From Candidatus Thalassarchaeum sp. (GTDB lineage Archaea; Thermoplasmatota; Poseidoniia; Poseidoniales; Thalassarchaeaceae): a stretch of 64,000 bases of DNA. Below the pieces are notes generated by a model, which was not told the DNA's origin, made no database searches, and saw nothing but the letters and a program-made list of their open reading frames with translations. The DNA is taken from the NCBI GenBank assembly GCA_016777225.1, contig JADHRW010000007.1:5798-69797 (forward strand), written 5' to 3'. Positions within the stretch are counted from its first letter, which is position 1. Every line of letters begins with the position of its first letter. Shown here in pieces: positions 44,672-54,453 of the stretch. A program made the translations under genes and the position numbers.

Positions 44672-44986
44672 TTATTTTTCTATTGAATCTATTACTTTTT
44701 CATATTGAGAACGGAGTTCAGTCTCTCTTTCCAACATCCTTTGTAGATGTGCTTCGAATGTAACTTTAGATTCGGACAATTCTTTCATCAATTGTTCTCT
44801 GTCATCTACTTCCAGTAATAAATTACCGACCGCACGAAAAACAGGCCTTTCAGAATCTTGATTAGAGAGTGATTCTAATGTTAAAGAAATCTCATTTACT
44901 TGAGTAGAAACCGTCTGAATCTGATTCCTAGCTAATTGTAATTCTTGCACTAATGCCTGAAAATCGGGAGAGTCTATTTCACTCAT
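44672..44986 (-). CDS. pfdB: Prefoldin beta subunit
   Basis: 104-aa coiled-coil/beta-hairpin/coiled-coil pattern ('PVFRAVGNLLLEVD') in the conserved superoperon position. Confidence 0.75.
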   Translation of the reverse strand: MSEIDSPDFQALVQELQLARNQIQTVSTQVNEISLTLESLSNQDSERPVFRAVGNLLLEVDDREQLMKELSESKVTFEAHLQRMLERETELRSQYEKVIDSIEK

Positions 44987-45244
44987 TCAATCACCTCTTG
45001 TAGCACTTAGGGCTTGCTCCGATGCTATCAACCCACGCATCAAACTATTCCATCTAGCCCTTAAATCAATAATTGAATGAGTCTTTTCAGTAACCATTAT
45101 ACTTTCTTTTTCACAAACGAACTTGCATTCAGTGATTAAACTTGCAGCCAATGCTTGCGCATCGGGATGAGTGAAAGAAAGTTCAAATTGAGTGATTTCA
45201 CTCTTCTTCGTCATTAGAAGATTCCTCGGCAAGTTTACGCTCAT
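44987..45244 (-). CDS. pcc1: Probable KEOPS subunit Pcc1
   Basis: ~80-aa ORF between L37Ae and prefoldin beta, the usual Pcc1 position. 'LRARWNSLMRGL' resembles the Pcc1 C-terminal helix. It overlaps the 3' end of rpl37ae by 17-47 nt, depending on which start is used. Confidence 0.45.
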   Translation of the reverse strand: MSVNLPRNLLMTKKSEITQFELSFTHPDAQALAASLITECKFVCEKESIMVTEKTHSIIDLRARWNSLMRGLIASEQALSATRGD

Positions 45245-45575
45245 AATCTAGAGCTGCTTGTTGAGCAATTACAGTCATGTCAGTCGCTGTTGCTCCTTCC
45301 ATACCTCTACGTGTAATTCTATTATTCGAGTCAGAAGCTCTTGTGAATGGTTCCCAAACGCCCCCAGTGAATTTATGCTCACATTTCTTGCATTCCCAAA
45401 TACCCGCAACTTGACGGCTTACTTTGGGGTAATGACATTCAGGACACGTATAATTTCGTGATTTTTTTGCTATTGCTGAGCCAGCCCTTCTTCGAACGGT
45501 AACACCGTATCGAGCTCCGAATCTAGCTGTTGCCCCTGATTTCTGTGTTCTCTTTGCCATTTCAGTTTCCTCCAT
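45198..45575 (-). CDS. rpl37ae: 50S ribosomal protein L37Ae (eL43) with acidic C-terminal extension
   Basis: 'GARYG' and the zinc ribbon 'CPECHYPKVSR...WECKKCEHKFTGG' are present. The likely start is MAKRTQKSG. An extension of about 45 aa ends in NDEEE. Confidence 0.85.
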   Translation of the reverse strand: MEETEMAKRTQKSGATARFGARYGVTVRRRAGSAIAKKSRNYTCPECHYPKVSRQVAGIWECKKCEHKFTGGVWEPFTRASDSNNRITRRGMEGATATDMTVIAQQAALDYERKLAEESSNDEEE

Positions 45576-46353
45576 CTAATGCATGAACCATTTTTCTGAG
45601 TTCGCTACCCTTTTTACGAGCCTCTTCCATTAGTTCTGTGAATTCAGCGGCCGTGAAGGCCCCCTTAAGACCCTTCTGTAATGAATGGACATGATCGTCA
45701 TCTCCCAAAGTAATGTGAATTCTTTCGTCGCCACCTAATTCTTCTCTGCCGCTAGCATCGAAGATAAAACGACCACCGACTCTTTGGTATGAACACATAA
45801 TTGGAGTCTTAGACACAACGAGTGGTCTATCTGCTCCTACCTCGAATTTTTCTTGAGGAATAGTTGCGTTTCGTAATGCAGCGATACCTGCTAGAGCGAA
45901 TGCATCAAACAAATTACCATCATCAGATACTGCGAATAAATCAAGAATAACTTGCCATGCCTTTTCTCCAGGTATTATACAAAGATCAGATGTATCTATA
46001 CATCCAGATTCCCTAATTCCTCTATCTACTACACGGCTTAACTCAATTGATTCAGCACTTGGTGGTCCAGCTTCATGCTGTCTACCTGCAACAGGCCTTA
46101 CTTCAGCCATGCACATCAGGCCGCCTTCATTTGGTCGATCAGAGTATGGAGTCATTGTTTGGAATTTCACTCCTGCGAAAACAATTGTATCGCCCATTCT
46201 TACACGTGCAGAACCTTCTGCATTAGCTAAAACATTTACTTCGAGTTCTAATTCTCTACCTTGATATTGTGTTCGACCATCTAAACGCTGGTCATTGTCT
46301 GCTAATTCCTTTAGATGACTACGCAATAATTGCGGTACAAGTGGTATACTCAT
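45562..46353 (-). CDS. rrp42: Exosome complex component Rrp42 (RNase PH-like, inactive)
   Basis: RNase PH-fold sequence ('RLDGRTQYQGRELELEV', 'AEGSARVRMGDT') at the position after rrp41. Confidence 0.85.
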   Translation of the reverse strand: MSIPLVPQLLRSHLKELADNDQRLDGRTQYQGRELELEVNVLANAEGSARVRMGDTIVFAGVKFQTMTPYSDRPNEGGLMCMAEVRPVAGRQHEAGPPSAESIELSRVVDRGIRESGCIDTSDLCIIPGEKAWQVILDLFAVSDDGNLFDAFALAGIAALRNATIPQEKFEVGADRPLVVSKTPIMCSYQRVGGRFIFDASGREELGGDERIHITLGDDDHVHSLQKGLKGAFTAAEFTELMEEARKKGSELRKMVHALDGGN

Positions 46354-47069
46354 TGAGGATACCTCCCTGTTTTTAATGCCTCAACACAATACTCGTGAAT
46401 CACCATTGCAGCATCCATATTGTAATCCCATGCTTCTTGGAATTCCTTTGGAGACAAGTTTCCATCCATTTGTAGGAAGACTAGTTCTCCAGTATTAGGC
46501 AAGACTCCCATCGGAAGATCTGCTTCGCCATAATTATCCTCTGCTTTATTCAAATCACAGACTACAACATCATTGATTTTACCTGATGCAACTGAAATTA
46601 CCAAATCTGTCATAGGAATACCTGCATCAGCAAGAGCAATAGATGCTGCAGTAAGACCTACACATCTAGTTCCTGCTTCTGCACAAATTATCTCTATTTC
46701 CACACGGATTTTAGAACGAGGATAAAGTTCTAGCATAACAACACTTTCTAGTGCTTCTGCTGTAACTTTACTGATTTCTCGACTTCTTCGATTGAAACCA
46801 GGCCTGATTCTATCAGATGTGGAGAATGGTGCCATGTTATACCTGACATCAAGAACTGCTCTATCTTGTCTTTGGATTTTCCTTGGATGTGCTTCCATAG
46901 GGCCGTATATAGCAGCAATAACATCATTATTGCCCCATTTCATACGACATGAACCATCTGCAACTGGAACAACTCCTAATTCTATTGAAATTGGTCTCAC
47001 GTCGCCTGCTTTTCTACCATCATTACGGATGCCATTGGCATCAATCATTTCTACGTCTCCATATCCCAT
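46350..47069 (-). CDS. rrp41: Exosome complex exonuclease Rrp41 (RNase PH)
   Basis: 'RNDGRKAGDVRPISIELGV', 'DGSCRMKWGNN' and 'AGTRCVGLTAASIALADAGIPM' are present. Confidence 0.9.
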   Translation of the reverse strand: MGYGDVEMIDANGIRNDGRKAGDVRPISIELGVVPVADGSCRMKWGNNDVIAAIYGPMEAHPRKIQRQDRAVLDVRYNMAPFSTSDRIRPGFNRRSREISKVTAEALESVVMLELYPRSKIRVEIEIICAEAGTRCVGLTAASIALADAGIPMTDLVISVASGKINDVVVCDLNKAEDNYGEADLPMGVLPNTGELVFLQMDGNLSPKEFQEAWDYNMDAAMVIHEYCVEALKTGRYPQ

Positions 47070-47779
47070 TATGCTACACCTCCTGGTGTTGCTGCTTTTG
47101 CTTCAGCAGTCATTGAACGAAGGCGATTTCTGACTTCGAGTGTTCCTTCGAAATCTCCATCAATCCAGATTCTGCCGTTTTCTCCAGCAATAACTCTGCA
47201 TTCAGATTCCTCCTTGAGTTGTCTAAGAGCTTTTCCTTGCTTACCGATTAATCTACCTAGTAAATGAGGATCAATAATTTCAACTGCTCCTGAGCGAATT
47301 TTGCGAAGACCCATTCCTTTCATGGTAACCACACTGGAATGAGTTTCTTCTACTTCTTGGACCCTGCACAAAATAGCTTCACCGATGTCGATTACGCTTC
47401 TAGTTCCTCCAAAATCAGCCATGGATGGACCAAGACTCATTGGTAGTATTGCGTTGAATGGTGCACCAATATCTACGAACCAGATATTATTTGTGCATCC
47501 TTCTACAAATCCAATCACTAGATCACCAGGTCTTGGCATGTATGCAGTTCTTCGCGGTTCAACAGAAATTATATTCCCGTTCACATTTGTTCTTCCATTC
47601 TTTGTTGCTTTAATACGACCAGCAATGGCAATCACGCCATGGCCTATTTCGTACCCCTCAGAATCTCCAAGATCTTCACCAGGAGCAACGAGTAGAGGAA
47701 CTCGTTGTGAGTCTTGCGGCCCGGCCGCGTTCTTCTTTTCAGTCATGTTATCGAGCCGCGCGACCAACCATCCCTTCAT
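47069..47779 (-). CDS. rrp4: Exosome RNA-binding subunit Rrp4 (S1 + KH domains)
   Basis: S1-like 'PRPGDLVIGFVEG...WFVDIGAP' and KH 'RLIGKQGKALRQLKEESECRV'. The start may instead be the internal M12. Confidence 0.85.
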   Translation of the reverse strand: MKGWLVARLDNMTEKKNAAGPQDSQRVPLLVAPGEDLGDSEGYEIGHGVIAIAGRIKATKNGRTNVNGNIISVEPRRTAYMPRPGDLVIGFVEGCTNNIWFVDIGAPFNAILPMSLGPSMADFGGTRSVIDIGEAILCRVQEVEETHSSVVTMKGMGLRKIRSGAVEIIDPHLLGRLIGKQGKALRQLKEESECRVIAGENGRIWIDGDFEGTLEVRNRLRSMTAEAKAATPGGVA

Positions 47780-47810
47780 AACCGTTGATGTGAACCCCTA
47801 CGGGGTACAC

Positions 47811-48500
47811 TCAGTCAAGTTCTTTCACAGAAACTTCAGATGACCTCTGAGCGACTTGGCTAATCAATTCATTTTTCATACCACCAGGTGCCTCAACCAC
47901 ACACACCCAAGAGCCATCAGAAAGCCATTCTTCTTTCTTGATAGATTCTCGCAATAATCGATGTACTCCGCCGTAATCTGAACCAGGGACCTTGAATGCC
48001 AAACGAACTGTTATGAAGGCTAAAGGAATCACTGGTTTCAACTGTTTAATTGCATCCTGCACTTGTCGCTCAAGAGATAAAAAAGGATCTATAGAAAATT
48101 TAATTTCATCTAAAGCAAGTTCGATTCTAGTTTTAGGGTGGGGTAGCTTTGTTCGCGGATCTGTTGCAGTAGTTGCAATTTGATGAATGATTTTTGTTCT
48201 CTTCTCTGCTATCAAATTCTTCCTTTGAACAGTTGTCAATTGAATATTACCATCAATTAATATTTTTTCAACACATGTTAAAAGGTCAGTGGACCCAAAT
48301 ACACTCTCAAGTGCATCTGTGGTTGGCCTATCGCCTGATTTTGCATCATTCCATATCTCATCTGTTGCAAGAAGATCATCCAATGAAACAGAGGCATGAT
48401 CTTTTTTCCATTCATCTACTAATTCAGGATCAACAAGAATTTCATAGCGTGAACCACCTTTTTCGAGACGGGCAAGAACTGCATCATCGAGGCTAACCAT
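47811..48500 (-). CDS. SBDS/Sdo1-family ribosome maturation protein
   Basis: The N-terminal 'MVSLDDAVLARLEKGGSRYEILVDPEL' is canonical for archaeal SBDS. Confidence 0.85.
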   Translation of the reverse strand: MVSLDDAVLARLEKGGSRYEILVDPELVDEWKKDHASVSLDDLLATDEIWNDAKSGDRPTTDALESVFGSTDLLTCVEKILIDGNIQLTTVQRKNLIAEKRTKIIHQIATTATDPRTKLPHPKTRIELALDEIKFSIDPFLSLERQVQDAIKQLKPVIPLAFITVRLAFKVPGSDYGGVHRLLRESIKKEEWLSDGSWVCVVEAPGGMKNELISQVAQRSSEVSVKELD

Positions 48501-48548
48501 GTACTCGGAGTTAGGGTGAAGACCTTAGATTAATAGGTAGATATAGAC

Positions 48549-49271
48549 TCAAAGTCTGTCTAATTGCTTTAATGTATATTCTCTGTCTAATTTGACATAT
48601 CCATTTGAATCAACTATAGCGATTTCAACAGTTTCTCTATTTAAATCGTCTTCGAGTGATTCTTTTAATGCCTCAAGTCCCAGTTTAATCGCTGCATTCT
48701 TAGTCATATTATGCTTCCAATTACTTTCAAAATGGTCAATTACTGTAGATCTTCCACGCCCAATAGCTCCTGCCTGGTAAGATTGGTAGGCTCCTGAAGG
48801 ATCAGTTTCAAAGAGATGAATTCCATCATCGTCAATACCTGCAATAAGAAGTGCTGTTCCAAATGGTCTAGCCCCACCGTATTGAGTGAAAGATTGCATG
48901 AAGTCACACATTTTCTTGACCAAAGTTGTAATTGCTATTGAGTCACCATATGTCATTCTATTAACTTGACATTGGACACGTGCTTTATCTACAAGCTGGC
49001 GAGCATCGGCAACGAGACCACAAGTAGTCATACCGATATGGTCATCGATTTGATACATTTTTTCTATTGAGTCTGTCAAGATTAGTTTACTTGAAATTCT
49101 CTTATCAACTATCAGTACAACTCCATCTTTGAATTTGAGACCAACAGTAGTAGTCCCTCTTTTTACTGATTCTCGAGCATATTCTACTTGGTAAAGTCGA
49201 CCATCTGGAGAGAATGTAGAAACTCCATGGTCATATCCGCGTCCGCTTGGCTGCATGTTATCAGACCGCAA
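48549..49271 (-). CDS. psmA: Proteasome alpha subunit
   Basis: 'YDHGVSTFSPDGRLYQVEYA' signature. The likely start is the ATG at 49256. Confidence 0.9.
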   Translation of the reverse strand: MRSDNMQPSGRGYDHGVSTFSPDGRLYQVEYARESVKRGTTTVGLKFKDGVVLIVDKRISSKLILTDSIEKMYQIDDHIGMTTCGLVADARQLVDKARVQCQVNRMTYGDSIAITTLVKKMCDFMQSFTQYGGARPFGTALLIAGIDDDGIHLFETDPSGAYQSYQAGAIGRGRSTVIDHFESNWKHNMTKNAAIKLGLEALKESLEDDLNRETVEIAIVDSNGYVKLDREYTLKQLDRL

Positions 49272-49354
49272 CCGACGAAGGTGTCTTATGAATCTTGACA
49301 GTTAGAAGGCTGACTTAACGAGGCATTCATGGATAAGGACGTTGTCGGAATGTC

Positions 49355-50029
49355 ATGAGAGTGGCAGTTCTAGCCTCGGGAGGAAAAGATTCCACCTATG
49401 CCTCATGGTGGGCCCAAATGCAAGGTTGGTCACTAGAAGCACTGATTACTGTAAAGATTGAAGGCGATGATTCGATGATGTTTCAATTACAAAATACCGA
49501 AGTTACAGGGTATCAAGCCGAATCGATAGGGACGAAATTAATTCGAGTTATTTCAAGCGGTGTGGAAAATGATGAAATAGATGAATTAGAAAATGCTATT
49601 CGTAATTCCGTTGGAAATGAAATAGATGCATTGGTAGTCGGAGCATTAAGGTCCGACTATCAAAAAACAAGAATTGAAAGAATGTGTGAGAAACTAGGAA
49701 TTATTTCATTTTGCCCTATGTGGCATCATGATCCTGAACTACATATGAATTCTCTAATAAATCACGGGTTTGATGTAAGAATTATTTCTGTATCTTCAGA
49801 AGGCCTCGATGAAAGTTGGCTAGGTAGGAAAATTACTGGAGAAAGTCTGGCTGAATTAATTCAACTATCTCGAAAATATAGATTCAATTTAGATGGAGAG
49901 GGAGGAGAATTCGAAACTATTACTCTCGATGCTCCACATTTCAAAAAATCAATTCATTGCGAGGGTGAAATATCATGGGACGGCGTAAGAGGCACTTGGA
50001 ATATCACCAAAATTCATCTATCAACATAG
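49355..50029 (+). CDS. PP-loop ATP pyrophosphatase of the MJ0570/Dph6 type (probable diphthine-ammonia ligase)
   Basis: PP-loop 'AVLASGGKDS', 'GALRSDYQKTRIE' and 'DGEGGEFETI' are present. Confidence 0.7.
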   Translation: MRVAVLASGGKDSTYASWWAQMQGWSLEALITVKIEGDDSMMFQLQNTEVTGYQAESIGTKLIRVISSGVENDEIDELENAIRNSVGNEIDALVVGALRSDYQKTRIERMCEKLGIISFCPMWHHDPELHMNSLINHGFDVRIISVSSEGLDESWLGRKITGESLAELIQLSRKYRFNLDGEGGEFETITLDAPHFKKSIHCEGEISWDGVRGTWNITKIHLST

Positions 50030-50076
50030 GGTTATAATCAAACAGGGTAGACCTGTCCGAATAATCGGGGAACATC

Positions 50077-51423
50077 GTGACAGTATCACCATTAGACTAT
50101 AGATATGGAAGAGAAGAGGCAAAATCTATTTGGTCAAGAGAAGGCCGACATGAAAGGCAACTAGATGTAGAAAGGGCACTGATTTGGGCTCATTGTCAAC
50201 TTGGACGAGTTAGTCCAGAGGATTATGACAAAGTTGCAGAGATAGCTGTCCCTGAAATTGTCACTGCAGATCGTGTTGATGAAATTGAGAGAGAAACAAG
50301 ACATGACATTATGGCTCTAACAAAAGCAATGGCAGAGGCAGCTGGAGATGCTGGATGGTGTATACATCTTGGTGCAACAAGTAACGACATTGTAGATTCT
50401 GCTGTTGCATTACAAATAAGAGATAGTATTATCCTACAACAATTAACAATCAAGAAATTATTAGCCACCATGTGCGACTTAGCTGAAAGAGAAAGAGATA
50501 CTGTGATGCTAGGACGTACCCATGGACAAGCAGCAGTACCAATAACATTCGGACTAAAAATTGCAGTCTGGGTTGATGAATTTAGAAGACATCTTGACCG
50601 ATTAGATGAGTTAACTCCAAGAGTCACTACGGGCAAATTCCTAGGAGCAGTTGGCACAGGAGCTGCTCAGGGAGAAAATGCATTCGAATTACAGAATTTA
50701 ATCATGGGGAATCTCGGTCTACAAACACCAATAGCAACGACTCAAGTTGTTGGAAGAGATCGCTATATTGAATGGGTTGCATGGATGGCTAACGTGTCAA
50801 CTAGTATAGAAAAAGCATTGCAAGAAGTAAGAAATCTTCAAAGGAGTGAAATTGCAGAAGTTGGAGAATATTTTGATGCAGAGAAACAAGTAGGGTCCTC
50901 AACAATGGCACATAAAAAGAATCCAATAACTGCTGAGAACGCTTGTGGTTTGGCTAGAATTGTTCGATCAATGATTATTCCATCATATGAAAATGCATTA
51001 CTGTGGCACGAAAGAGACCTTGCAAATTCATCAGCAGAAAGATTTACTTTATCACATTCAATGATTTTATTAGATGATATCATAATTAAATGCGATAGAG
51101 TTTTATCTAAATTAGGTGTAGATTCAGAAAGAATGATGTACAATATTAAGGCACAAAAAGGATTAGTTATGGCTGAAAAATTAATGATTGCCTTAGTAGA
51201 TAATGGAATGCCTAGAGATGAAGCTCATGAAGTACTAAGAAGTGCTTCAATGGAGGCGATTAATTCAGGTAACGACTTGGAAGATATCTGTGCCAAGTCG
51301 GATTCTATATCAAAAATATTTACTAGGCAAGAGTTAGCTAATTTATTCAAACCAGAAAGTCACTTAGGATTTAGTGGAGAAATTGTCGATCAAGCTGTGA
51401 GTATGGCAAGAGAAAGAATTTGA
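50077..51423 (+). CDS. purB: Adenylosuccinate lyase
   Basis: 'SPLDYRYG' and the fumarate-lyase signature 'GSSTMAHKKNP' are present. GTG start. Confidence 0.9.
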   Translation: MTVSPLDYRYGREEAKSIWSREGRHERQLDVERALIWAHCQLGRVSPEDYDKVAEIAVPEIVTADRVDEIERETRHDIMALTKAMAEAAGDAGWCIHLGATSNDIVDSAVALQIRDSIILQQLTIKKLLATMCDLAERERDTVMLGRTHGQAAVPITFGLKIAVWVDEFRRHLDRLDELTPRVTTGKFLGAVGTGAAQGENAFELQNLIMGNLGLQTPIATTQVVGRDRYIEWVAWMANVSTSIEKALQEVRNLQRSEIAEVGEYFDAEKQVGSSTMAHKKNPITAENACGLARIVRSMIIPSYENALLWHERDLANSSAERFTLSHSMILLDDIIIKCDRVLSKLGVDSERMMYNIKAQKGLVMAEKLMIALVDNGMPRDEAHEVLRSASMEAINSGNDLEDICAKSDSISKIFTRQELANLFKPESHLGFSGEIVDQAVSMARERI

Positions 51424-51663
51424 TTAAACCACTATCATTGCAATTCCTAATAACAAGCCTGTTGCTGTGGCTACAATTCCTAAAAGAATAATCATTGCAT
51501 GCGGTCCATACTGATTAGTATCATCCAAAGCTACATTCAAAAAACCATCTTCAAGTATGCTGGAAATCATACCGGAATCTGATTCTTCGAAATAAGGTGC
51601 ATCTCTCCTCTGGATTCTTTCATTAGATCCAGAGTCATCCGACATAATGACCCCTAGATGCAC
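51424..51663 (-). CDS. Hypothetical small membrane protein (79 aa)
   Basis: Acidic N-terminus and one C-terminal helix (IILLGIVATATGLLLGIAMIVV). Confidence 0.35.
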   Translation of the reverse strand: MHLGVIMSDDSGSNERIQRRDAPYFEESDSGMISSILEDGFLNVALDDTNQYGPHAMIILLGIVATATGLLLGIAMIVV

Positions 51664-51744
51664 AAGTAATTTATTATATCCTCATCAATTAACTGAATAA
51701 TCAGTTTAGGCAATGCTCATGCACTCCCGAGCGTAGGACATATT

Positions 51745-52326
51745 GTGATTGATTTATCCAAAGGGCCTGTTCATATCTCTTCTGGCCCTAGTACAAACCC
51801 TAATTCTTTGTGTATGACTATCATTTCAATGACTTTAGGAAAAAATGGTAAAGTAATATGGATGACAAGAAAGCTACCACATAGTGAAAAATTATCAGAT
51901 ATCCTTGGCCACCATACTGAAAAAGAAATGAACAGAATGATGATTATAGAATTTGAAGATAATATTTCAGGAAAAGCAGAACAAATTAAGAAAATCATCC
52001 CATCATTAGAACCTGAGGATTTACTAATTGTGGAAGAATGGTGCGAAAGTTATGGTAGAGCCAAGAATAAAGACAGCAAACTGATGAAAGAATTCGTGAA
52101 ATTGAATAATAATATGAATTGTGTAATTACCTCAAATTCTTATGAAGATGCATCGGGACAAAAAAGAGGTTTTGAGGGTTGGATGGCAAGAGGTGAAAAA
52201 TCATTAGGAGATGCATATAGGACTGTATGGTTAACAAAAATACAAGAACAATTTCAAAAAGTAATGATTACTGATGGTGATAAACAAAAGATAGTTAATC
52301 TGACAAAGAAAGGTTTTGAGGATTAA
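51745..52326 (+). CDS. Hypothetical protein, possibly a degenerate RecA/KaiC-like P-loop fold
   Basis: 'ISSGPSTNPNSLCMTI' occupies the position of a Walker A motif but lacks GK[ST]. 'LLIVEEW' is Walker-B-like. This is a weak call. Confidence 0.3.
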   Translation: MIDLSKGPVHISSGPSTNPNSLCMTIISMTLGKNGKVIWMTRKLPHSEKLSDILGHHTEKEMNRMMIIEFEDNISGKAEQIKKIIPSLEPEDLLIVEEWCESYGRAKNKDSKLMKEFVKLNNNMNCVITSNSYEDASGQKRGFEGWMARGEKSLGDAYRTVWLTKIQEQFQKVMITDGDKQKIVNLTKKGFED

Positions 52327-52327
52327 A

Positions 52328-52534
52328 TTAATATTTATCTAATAATTTTTCTAACTCATTTATTGCATCATCACTAGGATCTGCTAACTTATGGGGGTTT
52401 TTAGCTGCACCACTATACACTTCTTCAACATAATTCTCTAAATCATTATTTTTAATTTTTAAGGAAATTAGATAGATGAACATGGTAACGGCGAATAATA
52501 AAAGAAATATATTTACGACATCACTTATTTCCAT
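52328..52534 (-). CDS. Hypothetical small membrane protein (68 aa)
   Basis: Single N-terminal helix and a charged tail. Confidence 0.35.
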   Translation of the reverse strand: MEISDVVNIFLLLFAVTMFIYLISLKIKNNDLENYVEEVYSGAAKNPHKLADPSDDAINELEKLLDKY

Positions 52535-52543
52535 AATATCACT

Positions 52544-53812
52544 CTAATTTTTTCCTGAACTAGTAGGAGCACCTAATATCAATGGTTTCGAAAGATGTCT
52601 ACGTTGAGATGCCGATGGTTCTACCCAATTATTAGTAAGTTCAATCCCAGAGAGGTTAATTTCATCATATAACCAATACTTTTTACTGACTTTTTGACAA
52701 TTCAGGCATCTTAATGGTTGCTTGGAGCCCGCACTCCTCATAGTTTTACCATTACAACAAGTAGGCCTTCCAGTTATTCTTGGTAAAGATGATTCAATAC
52801 TCAATCTTTCTAGGTGTATACTTCCATCAGGTGATTCTAAACCTAACCAATTAATTCGATCACCTGGTATTAATTTTCTTAGAAGACGATTCACATCACC
52901 ACCCTCTTTAAAAGCAACAAGCGTGATATTACGACCATTCGAAAAAACCTCTAAAGCAGAATGTGCACCTTTAGTTTCTACAGGTTTAGTTAATACTGTT
53001 GCAGTAGAAAAACCAAGAATATGGTCATCACTCAACTGATTTGTTCTGTGAATTGCATATCTTTCACATTTTTCAACATCTGATTGTGACTGAAGCCATA
53101 GATGTGCCGATAAAACTGCTTGAGAATTTGACCCTCGAATTCCATAAAGAACAGGGCATGGAGTTCTTGGAGCAATTAGGCCTTTGTCAGCAGTAGGATC
53201 TCGATTGACGAAAGTTTCAGGATGAAGTGATTCCATTTCTTTGACTCTAGATGAAGTAACCTTTCTTTGAGTACCAATTTTTTCAGGGAATCTCCAAGAA
53301 ATCAACTCCCAAGTAGAATCATCTGAAGGATTCCAAGCCATAGCAGAAGACGCCCCAATTATTCCCCAATCTGAATTTTCAAGACTTAGTATGTTCACGC
53401 CATCAAGACTATTCCTACGTTTATCGAGATCTACTTTATGGCGTACTGCTTGCCAATAAAAATCTTCATTTAGTTTATTGAGTGTATAGATTAATGCAGG
53501 AGATGTGAGACTGTTTTCTTCTATTTTTAATTCAATCACAAGTTGAGAAAAAAAGTTTGACAACAACTTTTCAAGAATATTAATAGATGATTTTGGACAT
53601 TTTAATATGCATGCCAAAGCACCATTACCTCTGGTTCTTCGTTCAGCGAAAGGCCATAGCCTGACGAGACGTCGTTCAATGACTTCAAAATTATCAAGTT
53701 GAGATATCTCTCCTAATAAGTCATCAAATGTAGCTGTAGTACACCCTGAATCAGGATTATCAGTATCATCTAGTCCAATCCAAACACGACATGAATCGGC
53801 GTGTCCGACCAA
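52544..53812 (-). CDS. tiaS: tRNA(Ile2) 2-agmatinylcytidine synthetase TiaS
   Basis: N-terminal 'WIGLDDTDNPDSGCTT' (the TiaS kinase-domain motif) and a C-terminal zinc ribbon ('CCNGKTMRSAG...CLNCQ'). TTG start. Confidence 0.75.
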   Translation of the reverse strand: MVGHADSCRVWIGLDDTDNPDSGCTTATFDDLLGEISQLDNFEVIERRLVRLWPFAERRTRGNGALACILKCPKSSINILEKLLSNFFSQLVIELKIEENSLTSPALIYTLNKLNEDFYWQAVRHKVDLDKRRNSLDGVNILSLENSDWGIIGASSAMAWNPSDDSTWELISWRFPEKIGTQRKVTSSRVKEMESLHPETFVNRDPTADKGLIAPRTPCPVLYGIRGSNSQAVLSAHLWLQSQSDVEKCERYAIHRTNQLSDDHILGFSTATVLTKPVETKGAHSALEVFSNGRNITLVAFKEGGDVNRLLRKLIPGDRINWLGLESPDGSIHLERLSIESSLPRITGRPTCCNGKTMRSAGSKQPLRCLNCQKVSKKYWLYDEINLSGIELTNNWVEPSASQRRHLSKPLILGAPTSSGKN

Positions 53813-53814
53813 AC

Positions 53815-54453
53815 CTAATCACCTAAAATCTTAGCGAGAACATCAGGAAGTCCGATGTCGGGATCACATCGAAAACCACGTACACCAAAATTTGATGCTG
53901 CGGCCATATCGACATTTCTATCCCCTACCATTACAGAAGTAGATTCATCTGGTCTATTTTCCCAATCTGTATCAAATTTAAGATTTGGAATAATATTATT
54001 CTCAGAAGCAGAAATAATTTGCCTACCTGCTTCAAGCATACCAGGATTTGGTTTACGAGCCCAAGCACCATCCCAAGGCGAATATGGACTATACAAAATC
54101 AGATCTAAATGAGCATTAGAATTTTCTTCAAGAAGTAATTCTCTCATCTTAATATGTATAGAATTTAAATTTTTAGAGGTCCAAATACCTCTACCGATTG
54201 GTGATTGGTTGGTTACTACACAAATTCTGAACCCTGCTTCTCTAAGTGCGGCAACTGAATTTGGAACTCCAGGTAATATTACTAGTTCATCAATGGAATT
54301 AATATAATTTTCAGAACCTTTATTCAATACACCATCTCTATCAAGATAAGCTATCTTACCATCCCACACACCGTTTGGTAGAGGGTGTAACTCTAATGGT
54401 GAGTCTAAGTCATTACCATCTCTGTGTGGAAGAAGCATACAATCACAAGCCAT
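53815..54453 (-). CDS. gmhB: HAD-superfamily phosphatase, GmhB-like (D,D-heptose 1,7-bisphosphate phosphatase type)
   Basis: HAD motif I 'AYLDRDGVLN', 'VVTNQS' and 'MVGDRNVDM' are present. Confidence 0.65.
   Translation of the reverse strand: MACDCMLLPHRDGNDLDSPLELHPLPNGVWDGKIAYLDRDGVLNKGSENYINSIDELVILPGVPNSVAALREAGFRICVVTNQSPIGRGIWTSKNLNSIHIKMRELLLEENSNAHLDLILYSPYSPWDGAWARKPNPGMLEAGRQIISASENNIIPNLKFDTDWENRPDESTSVMVGDRNVDMAAASNFGVRGFRCDPDIGLPDVLAKILGD

Noticed and set aside
46792-47843. Plus-strand ORFs 46792..47133 and 47385..47843.
   Set aside because: They are antisense to rrp41 and rrp4, which carry clear RNase PH and S1/KH motifs.
49288-49305. Mini-ORF ATG AAT CTT GAC AGT TAG (MNLDS) with a good SD (GAAGGTG) in the psmA/dph6-like divergent spacer.
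   Set aside because: Five codons can easily arise by chance. The GGTG is equally explained as part of the psmA leader on the other strand. It is only worth revisiting if conserved.
50223-51143. Minus-strand ORFs 50223..50657 and 50838..51143.
   Set aside because: They are antisense to purB, which carries the fumarate-lyase signature.
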